A DNA stretch of 64,000 bases from a virus. Position numbers and translations under genes: made by a program. Position 1 is the first letter of the stretch. The number at the start of each line of letters is the position of its first letter. Of the stretch, positions 46,826-55,974 are shown piece after piece. Below the pieces are notes generated by a model. That model worked only from the letters and a program-made list of their open reading frames with translations. It made no database searches and was not told where the DNA came from. The stretch spans positions 53,837-117,836 of the IMG/VR virus record IMGVR_UViG_3300044797_000185; one strand, given 5' to 3'.

Positions 46826-47406
46826 TTTTTCTTATGAAAAATAACAAAATATTTATAATCAATAAACTATCGGAGTATGAGTTTAGCTTATTAAAGAAAG
46901 ATTTGATTGATCATTCTGTCCAAGTAGCTCTTAAAATTAAGAATTTAAATTGTACAAAAGAGTATGTTCAAAGCATCGCTACTGATTCAATTGAGCGTGT
47001 ATTAGCTACCTATCAGTTTGGCAAAGGCAGCAGTTTGGGTAATTTAGTAAAAAGACAAGTTATGGCTGATTTGAGGGTCGAATTCGAGAAAACCTATCCA
47101 GATATGGCAAATAAGATTTTATGGCCCGATTTGGAAGAGAAAAAGCCCTTTGATAGGCTTACAGAGGCTCTTCAAAAGATGAGGTTACAGCCAAAAGCTA
47201 TAGTTGATAGCATTTTTAATGAAACTAGTCAAGAATTAAAGGGAAGGCAACAGAAATTATTATCTACTATGTATGACACTCCTTTTATACCATATACTGA
47301 AATTTCTAAGCAATTTGGAACTCGTGGTGTTATGACCTACAGAGAAATTAAGATAATTTATGCCCAGTTACTCCAAGTGTTAAAAAGATTAGAAATTGTT
47401 TTATGA
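46816..47406 (+). CDS. Divergent sigma-factor-like protein
   Basis: Region-2-like QSIATDSIERVLATYQFGKGSSLGNLV and HTH-like YTEISKQFG; start may be 46834. Confidence 0.5.
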   Translation: MGLVFLMKNNKIFIINKLSEYEFSLLKKDLIDHSVQVALKIKNLNCTKEYVQSIATDSIERVLATYQFGKGSSLGNLVKRQVMADLRVEFEKTYPDMANKILWPDLEEKKPFDRLTEALQKMRLQPKAIVDSIFNETSQELKGRQQKLLSTMYDTPFIPYTEISKQFGTRGVMTYREIKIIYAQLLQVLKRLEIVL

Positions 47407-47573
47407 TTTCAGTAGCTTACCCCTGTGATGGATGTGGCCACGTCAAAAATAATCATAATACTTTTACTAATACCGATAAAGAAATTTGTTGGTGTGGATG
47501 CCAAAAGTTTAGAATAGATAATTTAAAATACTTGGAACAAATTTATATTACGAGGTTACAAACAAATGGATGA
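47403..47573 (+). CDS. Cys/His microprotein, DNLxYLE family (56 aa, not in ORF track)
   Basis: Own translation: YPCDGCGH..NH..CWCGCQKFRIDNLKYLEQIY. Confidence 0.75.
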   Translation: MISVAYPCDGCGHVKNNHNTFTNTDKEICWCGCQKFRIDNLKYLEQIYITRLQTNG

Positions 47574-48297
47574 ACAAATTCCTCAACAACCAATAGATCT
47601 TTCTCCTAAAGAAAGTCATAAAATTAGGTCTAATCGTCTTAAAGGATCTTTAGAAAAACTTCCTACTGATGTAAAAGTAGATATGGAAAATTTTATGTGT
47701 AAAGTGAATCCTAATAAAGCAAAAAAATACATGGTTGAGAAGTATAGTAAAGATTATCCCATATTGACAGAACTTAGTACTCATGCTTTTCATAATTATT
47801 TTAAACGTCATAAAGCACAAATAACAAGTGAAGTTGCGCTGCAACAATTGGCGGTTGCTCCTACTCCAGAAATTCTTGGGGTTATTGATGCAATTGCAGA
47901 TGCTAACACCAGCCTAAGTGATAAAAAAGCAGCTTTAACAGCCTTGTATAATGCTTCTGAAGCACGTCTTAAACTTATGTTAGCAAGGCAGACGAATTTT
48001 ATTGACCCATACTTAGAAAAACTTATTTTGGATAACCGAAAAGAGCAACACGCTATTCTTAAAACTGTATCTACATTAAATGAGCAGCTTTCTAAAGATA
48101 CTGATAAAGAATTCTTAGAAGAGTTAAGAATTTTTACTACCGTCCTTCTTTCTTCCGTTGTTAATACCTACAAATTAGTACACCAACCAAACTTAACCAA
48201 ATTCTCTGAATTTAGTTCGGCATTAGATGAATCCCTTACTGCTACTTTTAAGGCGTATCGTCAATCAAAAGAACAAGTTAGATTAGAGAAGAAATAA
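47566..48297 (+). CDS. Helical hypothetical protein (weak DUF3486-like N-terminus)
   Basis: GSLEKLPTDVK motif; otherwise unrecognised. Confidence 0.5.
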   Translation: MDEQIPQQPIDLSPKESHKIRSNRLKGSLEKLPTDVKVDMENFMCKVNPNKAKKYMVEKYSKDYPILTELSTHAFHNYFKRHKAQITSEVALQQLAVAPTPEILGVIDAIADANTSLSDKKAALTALYNASEARLKLMLARQTNFIDPYLEKLILDNRKEQHAILKTVSTLNEQLSKDTDKEFLEELRIFTTVLLSSVVNTYKLVHQPNLTKFSEFSSALDESLTATFKAYRQSKEQVRLEKK

Positions 48298-48309
48298 ACA
48301 TTTCTTAAC

Positions 48310-48361
48310 ATCAAAATAACCCTTGCAATTGTTACTTACTCCTGTTATACTGGAGTATGGA
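48310..48361 (+). repeat. 52-bp exact direct repeat, copy 1 (promoter plus start codon)
   Basis: ATCAAAATAACCCTTGCAATTGTTACTTACTCCTGTTATACTGGAGTATGGA; TTGCAA-N17-TATACT, ATG 48357. Confidence 0.9.
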
Positions 48362-48740
48362 AATTAAAATAACCGATGCAGGTAGACAAGCCGAAGGCTA
48401 CACAGATGAGAAACTTGACTGTGTTGTGAGAGCTTATGCCTCAGCAGCCGATGTTCCTTATTACCAATCCCATGCCATTTGTGAGGAGCATGGTCGTAAA
48501 CGTCGGCACAAATCTTATAACACCATTAATACAATCGTATCCCAGGGCCATAAATGGGTTTTTACTCGTATGTCTTTGGCTACTTTTGTAAAAGAACATC
48601 CGATAGGGAATTTCTTTGTTACTAAAAGAGGTCATGCTTTTGCTGTAAAGAATGGCATTGTGTTTGATACAGTAGCTTTATGTGGTCGTGTGCGAGTAAT
48701 AGGGTATGCAGAAATTGTAAAACAGCCCTTGACAAAGTAA
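48357..48740 (+). CDS. Hypothetical phage protein
   Basis: Leaderless start; DCVVRA..GRK..HAFAVKNG..D. Confidence 0.7.
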   Translation: MEIKITDAGRQAEGYTDEKLDCVVRAYASAADVPYYQSHAICEEHGRKRRHKSYNTINTIVSQGHKWVFTRMSLATFVKEHPIGNFFVTKRGHAFAVKNGIVFDTVALCGRVRVIGYAEIVKQPLTK

Positions 48741-48757
48741 CAATGATCTGTTATACT
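48729..48757 (+). promoter_or_regulatory. sigma70 promoter, leaderless
   Basis: TTGACA-N17-TATACT, TGT; ATG 48764 lies 6 nt after -10. Confidence 0.85.
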
Positions 48758-48763
48758 AAATTT

Positions 48764-48928
48764 ATGAAACTTATGGCTAATAAAAAGCATTACCACCCAT
48801 GTTATGAATGTCGAGGGAAAACCTCCTGTTGGTACATTCATAATAAAGATGGCTCCGATGTTGTTGGTACTCTTTGTGATGCTTGCATAAGAAAAATACT
48901 TAAACAAATGGAGGATCTAAATGTCTGA
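48764..48928 (+). CDS. Small Zn-finger protein
   Basis: CYEC..CDAC; start set by the promoter. Confidence 0.6.
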   Translation: MKLMANKKHYHPCYECRGKTSCWYIHNKDGSDVVGTLCDACIRKILKQMEDLNV

Positions 48929-49074
48929 AACTGCTGTTGTAATTTTTTGCGAATGTCAGGAAGGAGAATACCCACAGGCTCAGTTTAAAAATTTTAGCCA
49001 TGGGGAAACAATTTGGGATTGTCAAAAATGTGGCGGGACAATACTCCAGTATAATGATTGCTTGGGGGGCTAAT

Positions 49075-49290
49075 ATGAAAAGAATTTTGCCACGAAAACG
49101 TTTGTCTTTTACTCAAGCTTGCAAAGTATGGGATAAAGAACGAAAAGCATTTCGAGAACGAAAGTTCGAAATTGTTGATGGAGTAGAGTATCCCTATCCT
49201 TGTGCAAAAAGGGGTCATACTCATAATATTGATTGCGTTACGCCTGAGATGTGGGACGCTGCTTGTGATATTGCCTATGCCCATGCCTAG
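49075..49290 (+). CDS. Hypothetical protein
   Basis: In-frame ATG after a preceding 50-codon ORF. Confidence 0.5.
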   Translation: MKRILPRKRLSFTQACKVWDKERKAFRERKFEIVDGVEYPYPCAKRGHTHNIDCVTPEMWDAACDIAYAHA

Positions 49291-49301
49291 TAATTTAGCT
49301 C

Positions 49302-49330
49302 TTGACAAGAATCTTTTTTTCTACTATACT
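49302..49330 (+). promoter_or_regulatory. sigma70 promoter
   Basis: TTGACA-N17-TATACT, no TG extension. Confidence 0.8.
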
Positions 49331-49382
49331 GAACGGGTAGAAGAAGAGGAAGAAATTTATCCTGAAGAGGACGAGGAATAAT

Positions 49383-50633
49383 ATGAGCCTTCTAAGTGTG
49401 ATGGAAAAAGTAGCAATTCGATTAATTCAAACGAGTCCTTTCTATGCCAGCCTTCTTGCCCAGATGCGTAAGATTGAAGTGACGGGGGATTTGGCTAAAC
49501 AAATTCCTACAGAAGCTGTAAGTGTGGAAAATGGACGAGTCAATTTTTATTACAACCCCCAATTTTTAGAAACTCTTACTGTTGATGAAGCTGTAGGTGT
49601 TCTTACGCATGAGTGCAATCACCTTATCTATGGTCATTGTACTCGTATGAAAGAAGAGTTTAAAGAAAATGCTCAATTAGCTAACATTGCAGCAGATCTT
49701 AATGCAAACCGTAATATCCAGAAATTACCAAAGGGTGCTTGCACTGTTGATTCTATTAACAAAGAATTAAATTTGAAATTGAAAGAAGATGATACTTCAG
49801 AAAATTATTATCAAGAACTTTTAAAGAATGCTCCTAAGATGGAAGTTCAGGATAATGGGGATGGTTCCTTCACTATTACTATGAAAGATAAAAATGGTAA
49901 TACGACAGGAACGATGAAAGTAGTTCCTGTTGATAGCCATGATAAATGGAATAAAGAAGGTCAGGGTAGCGGAGATATTCCTGAACTGGCTAAAGAAGTT
50001 ATCCGTCAAGCTATTAAACAAGCGGCTGAAGCGACAATGAAACAACAAGGACATTTGCCTTCTGGTATGGAACAGGTTATTAATGAATGGCTTAAACCTC
50101 CTGTCGTATCCTGGAGAACCCTTTTGAAGAGATTCATCGCTGCTTCCATTAAATCAGGGCATAAGATGAGTTGGAAACGTCCTAATCGACGTTTTGTGGA
50201 ACAGCAAAAGGGTAAGCTTTCAGATCGGATGATCAGTATTACAATTGCCATTGACACCAGCGGTAGTATTGGTGATGAGGATTTTCAAGCATTTATGGCT
50301 GAAATGAGAGCTATTCAATCGTGCTATAAAGGCACTATGACGGTATTAGAATGTGATGCAGCAGTTCATAAAGAATACAAATTAAGCAAATACAATAAGA
50401 TTGATACAAATTTTAAAGGACGTGGGGGAACGTCTTTTAAACCAATTTTTGAATATGTGAAGGATAAGAAGCTAAAAACTGACTTGTTGATTTACTTTAC
50501 AGATTTGTATGGGGATTTCCCAGACAAGAAGCCAGCATACCCTGTCATTTGGGTATCAACAACCGCAGAGACAAAAGCCCCTTGGGGTCATGTGATTTCG
50601 ATAGTGAACAATCCAGATGGGAAAAAGAAATAA
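49383..50633 (+). CDS. DUF2201-type metallopeptidase-like plus vWA domain protein
   Basis: HECNH, NIAAD..N, WRTLL, IAIDTSGSI, GRGGTSF, YFTDLYG. Confidence 0.9.
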   Translation: MSLLSVMEKVAIRLIQTSPFYASLLAQMRKIEVTGDLAKQIPTEAVSVENGRVNFYYNPQFLETLTVDEAVGVLTHECNHLIYGHCTRMKEEFKENAQLANIAADLNANRNIQKLPKGACTVDSINKELNLKLKEDDTSENYYQELLKNAPKMEVQDNGDGSFTITMKDKNGNTTGTMKVVPVDSHDKWNKEGQGSGDIPELAKEVIRQAIKQAAEATMKQQGHLPSGMEQVINEWLKPPVVSWRTLLKRFIAASIKSGHKMSWKRPNRRFVEQQKGKLSDRMISITIAIDTSGSIGDEDFQAFMAEMRAIQSCYKGTMTVLECDAAVHKEYKLSKYNKIDTNFKGRGGTSFKPIFEYVKDKKLKTDLLIYFTDLYGDFPDKKPAYPVIWVSTTAETKAPWGHVISIVNNPDGKKK

Positions 50634-50637
50634 GGAC

Positions 50638-50666
50638 TTGACAAAACTAAATAAGTATGCTAAACT
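50638..50666 (+). promoter_or_regulatory. sigma70 promoter, extended -10
   Basis: TTGACA-N17-TAAACT, TGC. Confidence 0.8.
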
Positions 50667-50701
50667 TAAATTGCAGCAATAATAAAATAGGGAGGTAGTG
50701 T

Positions 50702-51742
50702 ATGCACATTCCAGACGCAAAACGTTGGCTTAAGATTCTAATCGAAACTCAGGTTCCTGTGGCCCCTTTGTTTGTTGGTCCAATGGGTTGTGGTAAATCA
50801 GAAATTGTAAAACAAGTTGCCAATGAACTTGGTATTCAATTAGTTGATTTACGCCTTGCCCAAATGGAACCAGGAGATTTAATCGGCATCCCATATCGAA
50901 ATGGCGATAGAACTGATTGGGCTCTTCCTGGCTGGTTCCCCAAAGAAGGAACACGAGGCATTATTTTTCTTGATGAATTGAATCGTGCTCCTAACGATGT
51001 TCGTCAAGCGGTATTCCAATTGATTTGGGATAAGAAGATGCATATGCACTCCCTTCCTAAAGGTTGGGCAGTCGTTGCAGCCATCAATCCTGATAACTCA
51101 GATTATCAAGTTGAAGTATTGGATAAAGCCATGATTCGACGTTTTTGTGTAGTTGTCACGGAACCTCATGTTGATAGTTGGAGTGATTGGGCTAACAAAG
51201 ATGGAAAAGTATCTTCTGATATCACAGGTTTTATTGGTACTCACAAGAATATGTTATTTGAACCTGAGAATGTAACCCTCGAAGTAAAACGCAACAATGC
51301 TGCTTGGAGCAGCGTCGATGCCTTACGAAAAGGAAATGCTGTCCCACAAGATTTAGAATTCGAAATCTATGCGGGTCTTGTTGGCAAAGAAGCAGCAGTT
51401 GCTTTCATCAGCTACTTGGACAAGAACTATGAACGTCCTGTGAATGGTGAAGAAGTTCTTAAGGATTATGCTTCTGTCAAAGATAAGATTGCAAAGCAGA
51501 AAAAGAAAAGCGATGAAATGCATGTCACTATTAAGCAGATCGTTGGGATCACTGAGTCCTCAAAAAAACTTGGAAAGAAGCAAATGGAAAATCTCAAGGA
51601 ATTCTTCTTGGATCTTCCAGCAGACTTTCAGGCTATGTTTGCTCATCTCTTACCAGCTGAGATCGTGAGTGAGTTGGGCAATGATGACAGGATCACAACA
51701 GCCATTGGAACAGCCCTTAAGCAAGCCAAACAGGGGAAATAA
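50702..51742 (+). CDS. MoxR-like AAA+ ATPase
   Basis: GPMGCGKS, DLIGIP, IFLDELNRA, AINP, AMIRRF. Confidence 0.9.
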   Translation: MHIPDAKRWLKILIETQVPVAPLFVGPMGCGKSEIVKQVANELGIQLVDLRLAQMEPGDLIGIPYRNGDRTDWALPGWFPKEGTRGIIFLDELNRAPNDVRQAVFQLIWDKKMHMHSLPKGWAVVAAINPDNSDYQVEVLDKAMIRRFCVVVTEPHVDSWSDWANKDGKVSSDITGFIGTHKNMLFEPENVTLEVKRNNAAWSSVDALRKGNAVPQDLEFEIYAGLVGKEAAVAFISYLDKNYERPVNGEEVLKDYASVKDKIAKQKKKSDEMHVTIKQIVGITESSKKLGKKQMENLKEFFLDLPADFQAMFAHLLPAEIVSELGNDDRITTAIGTALKQAKQGK

Positions 51743-51937
51743 GTGGATAACAACGAATTGGCAAACATGGAAATGGAATTGCGAAAATTGGGACGAGGAT
51801 TAATAGATAATAAGATAGAATGTATTTTATTAGACTTCGCTACCGAGATTCGTAAGGATTATCCAGATTACAAAGCAGATGCAGCAGCCTATGCACGTAA
51901 AATTGTTGCCTATTGTCGTGAGCACCTGAGTAAGTAA
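51743..51937 (+). CDS. Hypothetical protein
   Basis: GTG start, SD GGGG. Confidence 0.5.
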   Translation: MDNNELANMEMELRKLGRGLIDNKIECILLDFATEIRKDYPDYKADAAAYARKIVAYCREHLSK

Positions 51938-52273
51938 GATGCCCTGGGTATTTCATGATAGTTATAAAACAGCTGCGATAGCCAGAAAATACGGGGAAGA
52001 CATTGTTAAGACAGGATTAGCTAAAGGTATTAAAGTTATAAATAAGGGAAAAAAGAGTAAGCCGTTTATGCTGTATATTCTAGCAACTAAATAGGGAGGA
52101 ATGTCCAATGCCAAGTTACTTGCCATATCCGAAAGAAGCTGATACGAAGTCTCGCAGAGCCCGTAAGGGAATGCGTACCAAGACCTTTACTACTAATATG
52201 GTAGCTGGAAGAAAGCTTCGTAAAGCTCGTCAAGCAGCCAGAAAAGCAGCACGTCAAGCGGAAGAGGAATAAC

Positions 52274-52708
52274 ATGAATAGATGGGCAGAGCTTACTGAC
52301 TTCTCAATGTTTGATAAGAACATTCCTTGTGTTCTGTGCAAAGAGAAAGCTTTCATTACAGTAACTCAGACCCACTTTAAATGTGAAAAGTGTGACCATT
52401 TATTTAATGAAGATGGTTCTCCTCTTGCAGAAAATGTAACTTGTTATTGTGAGATATGTAATCCTAAAAAGAAAGAAGATACAGCTGGGGCTGAAGTTAA
52501 TGAAAAAGTTGTTAAAGCTGAAAAAGAATTGCGTAAAACATCTAAGCAATTAGCAAAAACTGGTAAAATCACAAATGAAGACGGGACTATTGCTAATGAG
52601 GATGATATATTTAAGCATATAAAAAGTATGGTTGGACTTCCTTCAGAAAAAGTTAAGACAAAAATTAAAAAGATAGTTCCTAACAAGAAAAAAAGTAAGA
52701 AGAAATAA
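52274..52708 (+). CDS. Zn-ribbon protein with basic tail
   Basis: CVLC..CEKC..CYCEIC; SD GAGG. Confidence 0.6.
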   Translation: MNRWAELTDFSMFDKNIPCVLCKEKAFITVTQTHFKCEKCDHLFNEDGSPLAENVTCYCEICNPKKKEDTAGAEVNEKVVKAEKELRKTSKQLAKTGKITNEDGTIANEDDIFKHIKSMVGLPSEKVKTKIKKIVPNKKKSKKK

Positions 52709-52713
52709 ATTTA

Positions 52714-52755
52714 ACCCATGGTCTCTACCTCCCTGGAGACCATGGGTATCTTTTT
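52714..52755 (+). terminator. Intrinsic terminator candidate
   Basis: 12-bp perfect stem ACCCATGGTCTC/GAGACCATGGGT followed by ATCTTTTT. Confidence 0.75.
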
Positions 52756-52771
52756 AAAAAGGAGAACATTT

Positions 52772-53002
52772 ATGCAGCTTGAACTTGTGGAACAGGACAT
52801 TAAACAACGAGAACAAACTCTTAGGAATCTTGAATGTTCTCTTGTTTATTTAAGACAAGAAGAAGCAAAGAATGTAGAAATTATTAGTTTACTTTCTCAT
52901 GAAGTCTTTTATGTAAAAGATCAACTAGGGAATTATAGAATCTTGGTGGATTTGTTAAAAGAAGAAAGGTTAAGTAATGATGAAGTGCCCCAAAAGGTTT
53001 AA
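52772..53002 (+). CDS. Coiled-coil hypothetical protein
   Basis: SD AAGGAG before ATG 52772. Confidence 0.6.
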   Translation: MQLELVEQDIKQREQTLRNLECSLVYLRQEEAKNVEIISLLSHEVFYVKDQLGNYRILVDLLKEERLSNDEVPQKV

Positions 53003-53228
53003 AATAATACTCGGTATATTGAAAATAAAGGATAAACACCTGTTTTCAATTACGAATGCTTTCTATACCTTAGATAATCCATGGAAAATAGACGTTGTTA
53101 AGAAATGTCAATTTTGTGGTGTAGCTTCAGCATTTGATACGGATAAAGAAACTTTAAAAGAAATTGTCAATAGGTTTCCAAATGCCTTTGAAAAGCCGAT
53201 TAGAGATTTCTTGCCAACAATTTTGTAA
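52977..53228 (+). CDS. Hypothetical protein
   Basis: CQFC; overlaps upstream gene. Confidence 0.5.
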   Translation: MMKCPKRFKIILGILKIKDKHLFSITNAFYTLDNPWKIDVVKKCQFCGVASAFDTDKETLKEIVNRFPNAFEKPIRDFLPTIL

Positions 53229-53336
53229 AAAGGAGTTTAGAATGGCTCTTAGAAAAAAAGGTACAACTGAGCGAATTGAGGTAGTCGAAGTAGAAACAGA
53301 TGATTCAGGTAAGATTAAAGTAAAGGGTAAAAAGAA

Positions 53337-53388
53337 ATCAAAATAACCCTTGCAATTGTTACTTACTCCTGTTATACTGGAGTATGGA
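53337..53388 (+). repeat. 52-bp exact direct repeat, copy 2 (promoter plus start codon)
   Basis: Identical to 48310-48361; ATG 53384 opens a 35-codon Cys-rich ORF. Confidence 0.9.
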
Positions 53389-53510
53389 GGTAATTACAAT
53401 GGATGAACTACTTGAATTGAATGAATGTGGCAGCAGTAATTGCTTTTGTGAAGAATGCAGTTTTTGGAATGACGAATATAAAGGCTGGTAGTATCGTAAG
53501 GAGAAATAAT

Positions 53511-53711
53511 ATGGATTTATTTGAATGTCAGGCTTGCGGAAACAAAGATGCTCAATCTCATGAAGAGCTTGTGCAGCATGTTGTTACCACTCACCCAGAA
53601 TACTCGCAGGAAGAAGCTATCCATTATGCTCTTCTTTGGGAAGAGGGAGCTAGAGAACGAGCTGAAGTTGAAGAGATCTATGAAGAAGATGTTGATGAGG
53701 ACCCTCTTTAA
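53511..53711 (+). CDS. C2H2-type Zn-finger microprotein with acidic tail
   Basis: CQAC..H..H; SD AAGGAG. Confidence 0.65.
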   Translation: MDLFECQACGNKDAQSHEELVQHVVTTHPEYSQEEAIHYALLWEEGARERAEVEEIYEEDVDEDPL

Positions 53712-54067
53712 TGAATGCCAAGTTTTTTGATCTTGCTAGAAAAGTCTCAAAATTATCTAATCATGGTCATTTTAAACTTGGCTCAGTTATTGTTAGAGGT
53801 TCTAAGATTGTAAGTGTTGGAACAAATAACATAAAAACACATCCTAAAAGTACTCATCCTTTTTATAGCCTTCATGCAGAAATGGCAGCTATACTTCTTG
53901 CAAAACAAGATTTAGCAAAATGTGAAATTTATGTGTACCGAGAAACAAAAGCTGGTATGCCTGTGATGGCGCGTCCCTGTGAGTATTGCCTTCCTTTTAT
54001 AAAAGAAGCAGGACTTAAGGAAGTTCATTATAGCAGCAATGGCGGGTATAAATCTGAAAAGATATAA
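53711..54067 (+). CDS. Cytidine/dCMP deaminase superfamily protein
   Basis: HAE..PCEYC. Confidence 0.85.
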   Translation: MNAKFFDLARKVSKLSNHGHFKLGSVIVRGSKIVSVGTNNIKTHPKSTHPFYSLHAEMAAILLAKQDLAKCEIYVYRETKAGMPVMARPCEYCLPFIKEAGLKEVHYSSNGGYKSEKI

Positions 54068-54073
54068 AAATAT

Positions 54074-54289
54074 ATGATATTACTTCTCTTTTGTCTTTTT
54101 TTGTTTACAGGATGCTCAATGAAGCCTTTTATTAAGATTGGATATGCCCCTTATTGTTTAATTGATTATAGATCTAAGATTGTTGATTGTTCTTATCCCA
54201 ATATGAATGCTTGTGCGGATCAGTATCATGTTCATAAAGAAGGTGTTTGCGTTCGAAATAAAGACATTAAATTCAAGGGAGGACGTTAA
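54074..54289 (+). CDS. Putative small lipoprotein
   Basis: Hydrophobic N-terminus, FTGC. Confidence 0.55.
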   Translation: MILLLFCLFLFTGCSMKPFIKIGYAPYCLIDYRSKIVDCSYPNMNACADQYHVHKEGVCVRNKDIKFKGGR

Positions 54290-54442
54290 TATGGCAATGA
54301 CAAATGCAAAAGCTATTAGGAATACGATACGAATTTTTGTGAAAGAAAATGGGCGAGAACCTACATTCGAAGAATCCAGAGAACTGCTTGCTGGTAGATC
54401 TTTGTCAAAGAAAAATATACAGGATAAGCAAGAGGAAGTCAA

Positions 54443-54721
54443 ATGAAATATCTAATTTTTCTTCTTCCTGTTTTGTTACTATCTTCCTGTAGCAGTATCC
54501 GATGGGTTACAGTAGAAAAAGGACAAATAGTTAATGAGAATAGACAACCTTTAACTATTGTAGGTAATCCTCCGATAGCTTGCTTTGACTCTGCTAATAA
54601 GTTGATTGCAGAGGGATATTTTGTTAGGCAGAATGATGATGGGTCATTTCTTGTTGATGAGTTTGGTAAAGATTATATTACAGTAAAAAATCCTAATTGC
54701 AGATTGGGATTAAGTGAGTAA
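54443..54721 (+). CDS. Putative lipoprotein
   Basis: Lipobox LSSC. Confidence 0.7.
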   Translation: MKYLIFLLPVLLLSSCSSIRWVTVEKGQIVNENRQPLTIVGNPPIACFDSANKLIAEGYFVRQNDDGSFLVDEFGKDYITVKNPNCRLGLSE

Positions 54722-54911
54722 GCAAGAAGGTTGGCAAGTATCAGCAGAAGCTGGGGTTAAGGTTATATTTTGTAAAAACAATAGCACTTGCTATATTCGT
54801 AATAGAGAAGATTTTAAGAGTCATTTGTTTAGCAGATGCCTTACTTCATTAGAATATTTTGAAGGGATTGAATTTTGGAATAGTAATAAAAAGGAGATTC
54901 AACATGCGTAA
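54714..54911 (+). CDS. Hypothetical protein
   Basis: GTG start; overlap chain. Confidence 0.5.
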   Translation: MSKQEGWQVSAEAGVKVIFCKNNSTCYIRNREDFKSHLFSRCLTSLEYFEGIEFWNSNKKEIQHA

Positions 54912-55131
54912 AGGAACACAGCATTCAGAAGAGACAAAAGCAAAGATTGCAGCAGCAAAGCTTGGTAAGACATTTACAGATGAGCATTCTCAGGCCATTA
55001 GTGCCGCTTTAAAAGGTCGAAAGAAGACTACTGCTCACAAGTTAGCCATTTCTGAAGGAATCAAAGCTGCCCATGCTAATAAGCAAGTAACAGCTTTGGA
55101 TGCCGAAGGTCAAGGAACGACAGTAGCATGA
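54904..55131 (+). CDS. Stand-alone NUMOD3-type DNA-binding protein
   Basis: HSEETKAKI..GK..T.EH..IS..LKG.K.T..HK..IS. Confidence 0.75.
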   Translation: MRKGTQHSEETKAKIAAAKLGKTFTDEHSQAISAALKGRKKTTAHKLAISEGIKAAHANKQVTALDAEGQGTTVA

Positions 55132-55331
55132 AAGTAAAAAATGCCATATTCTTACTCGCAGGTGTGATTATCGGCTGGGTCACAGTACCTTTTCTAAGAG
55201 CTGATTCAGAAGGTAATACATATAAGGATCTACTTCATAAGATGATTGGTATTGTGACGCAGATCCAAATAACAAGCGCAGAAACTGCTGCTAACACACA
55301 AGCCATAAAAGAGAAATTAGGAGCCAAATGA
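55128..55331 (+). CDS. Small membrane-anchored protein
   Basis: N-terminal TM segment. Confidence 0.55.
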   Translation: MKVKNAIFLLAGVIIGWVTVPFLRADSEGNTYKDLLHKMIGIVTQIQITSAETAANTQAIKEKLGAK

Positions 55332-55582
55332 GTATGAATAGCAAGCAAACTTATGAAGTTATGTTTGATCTGTTGCTTTCGGAAGAGCTTTCATTTAATT
55401 CTTCCTCCGCTACTGAGCATAATATTAAAACATCGATGAAAAGAATACTGGGACGAGCAATTAAACAAGGTCTTCTGAGAAGTTATTCTGGACTTGTACT
55501 TGATGAAGATTTGAATGTTCATTTTAGTATGGTAGATGCCGATAAGACAGAATTTTCCCTTATTCTTTATTACGGAAAATAG
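55328..55582 (+). CDS. Hypothetical protein
   Basis: SD AGGAG, ATGA overlap. Confidence 0.55.
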   Translation: MSMNSKQTYEVMFDLLLSEELSFNSSSATEHNIKTSMKRILGRAIKQGLLRSYSGLVLDEDLNVHFSMVDADKTEFSLILYYGK

Positions 55583-55617
55583 TTTCGTACAATTGCTGGG
55601 CAGAGAACGTTGATAAA

Positions 55618-55974
55618 ATGGGAGTATTGATGTATCTATTGAAATGGTTATTGGTTGGGTTTACTTCTCCATTTTGGTTTCCATTAGTTTTATTATGTGT
55701 AGGATTTTGTGTGCTTATTTTAGGATCTGTTGTATTGGTTGCTTTACTTCTAAGTTTCTTTTTAATAGTGTGGGTTTTAAAACTTTTTCACACGACATAT
55801 TACGGTCTTATAAATGCTCGTAAAGAAGTATTACAAGAAATTGGAAACGGTTTAAATAAGAATGTTCCCTGGTGGAGACTTTTACGTTTGATTGTTAATA
55901 GACATTTAAAGCAGCTCAAAGATTTTAAACAGTATGATGATTATGCCACAGGAGAGGAAGAGATTGATGAGTAA
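55618..55974 (+). CDS. Membrane protein
   Basis: Long hydrophobic N-half. Confidence 0.55.
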   Translation: MGVLMYLLKWLLVGFTSPFWFPLVLLCVGFCVLILGSVVLVALLLSFFLIVWVLKLFHTTYYGLINARKEVLQEIGNGLNKNVPWWRLLRLIVNRHLKQLKDFKQYDDYATGEEEIDE

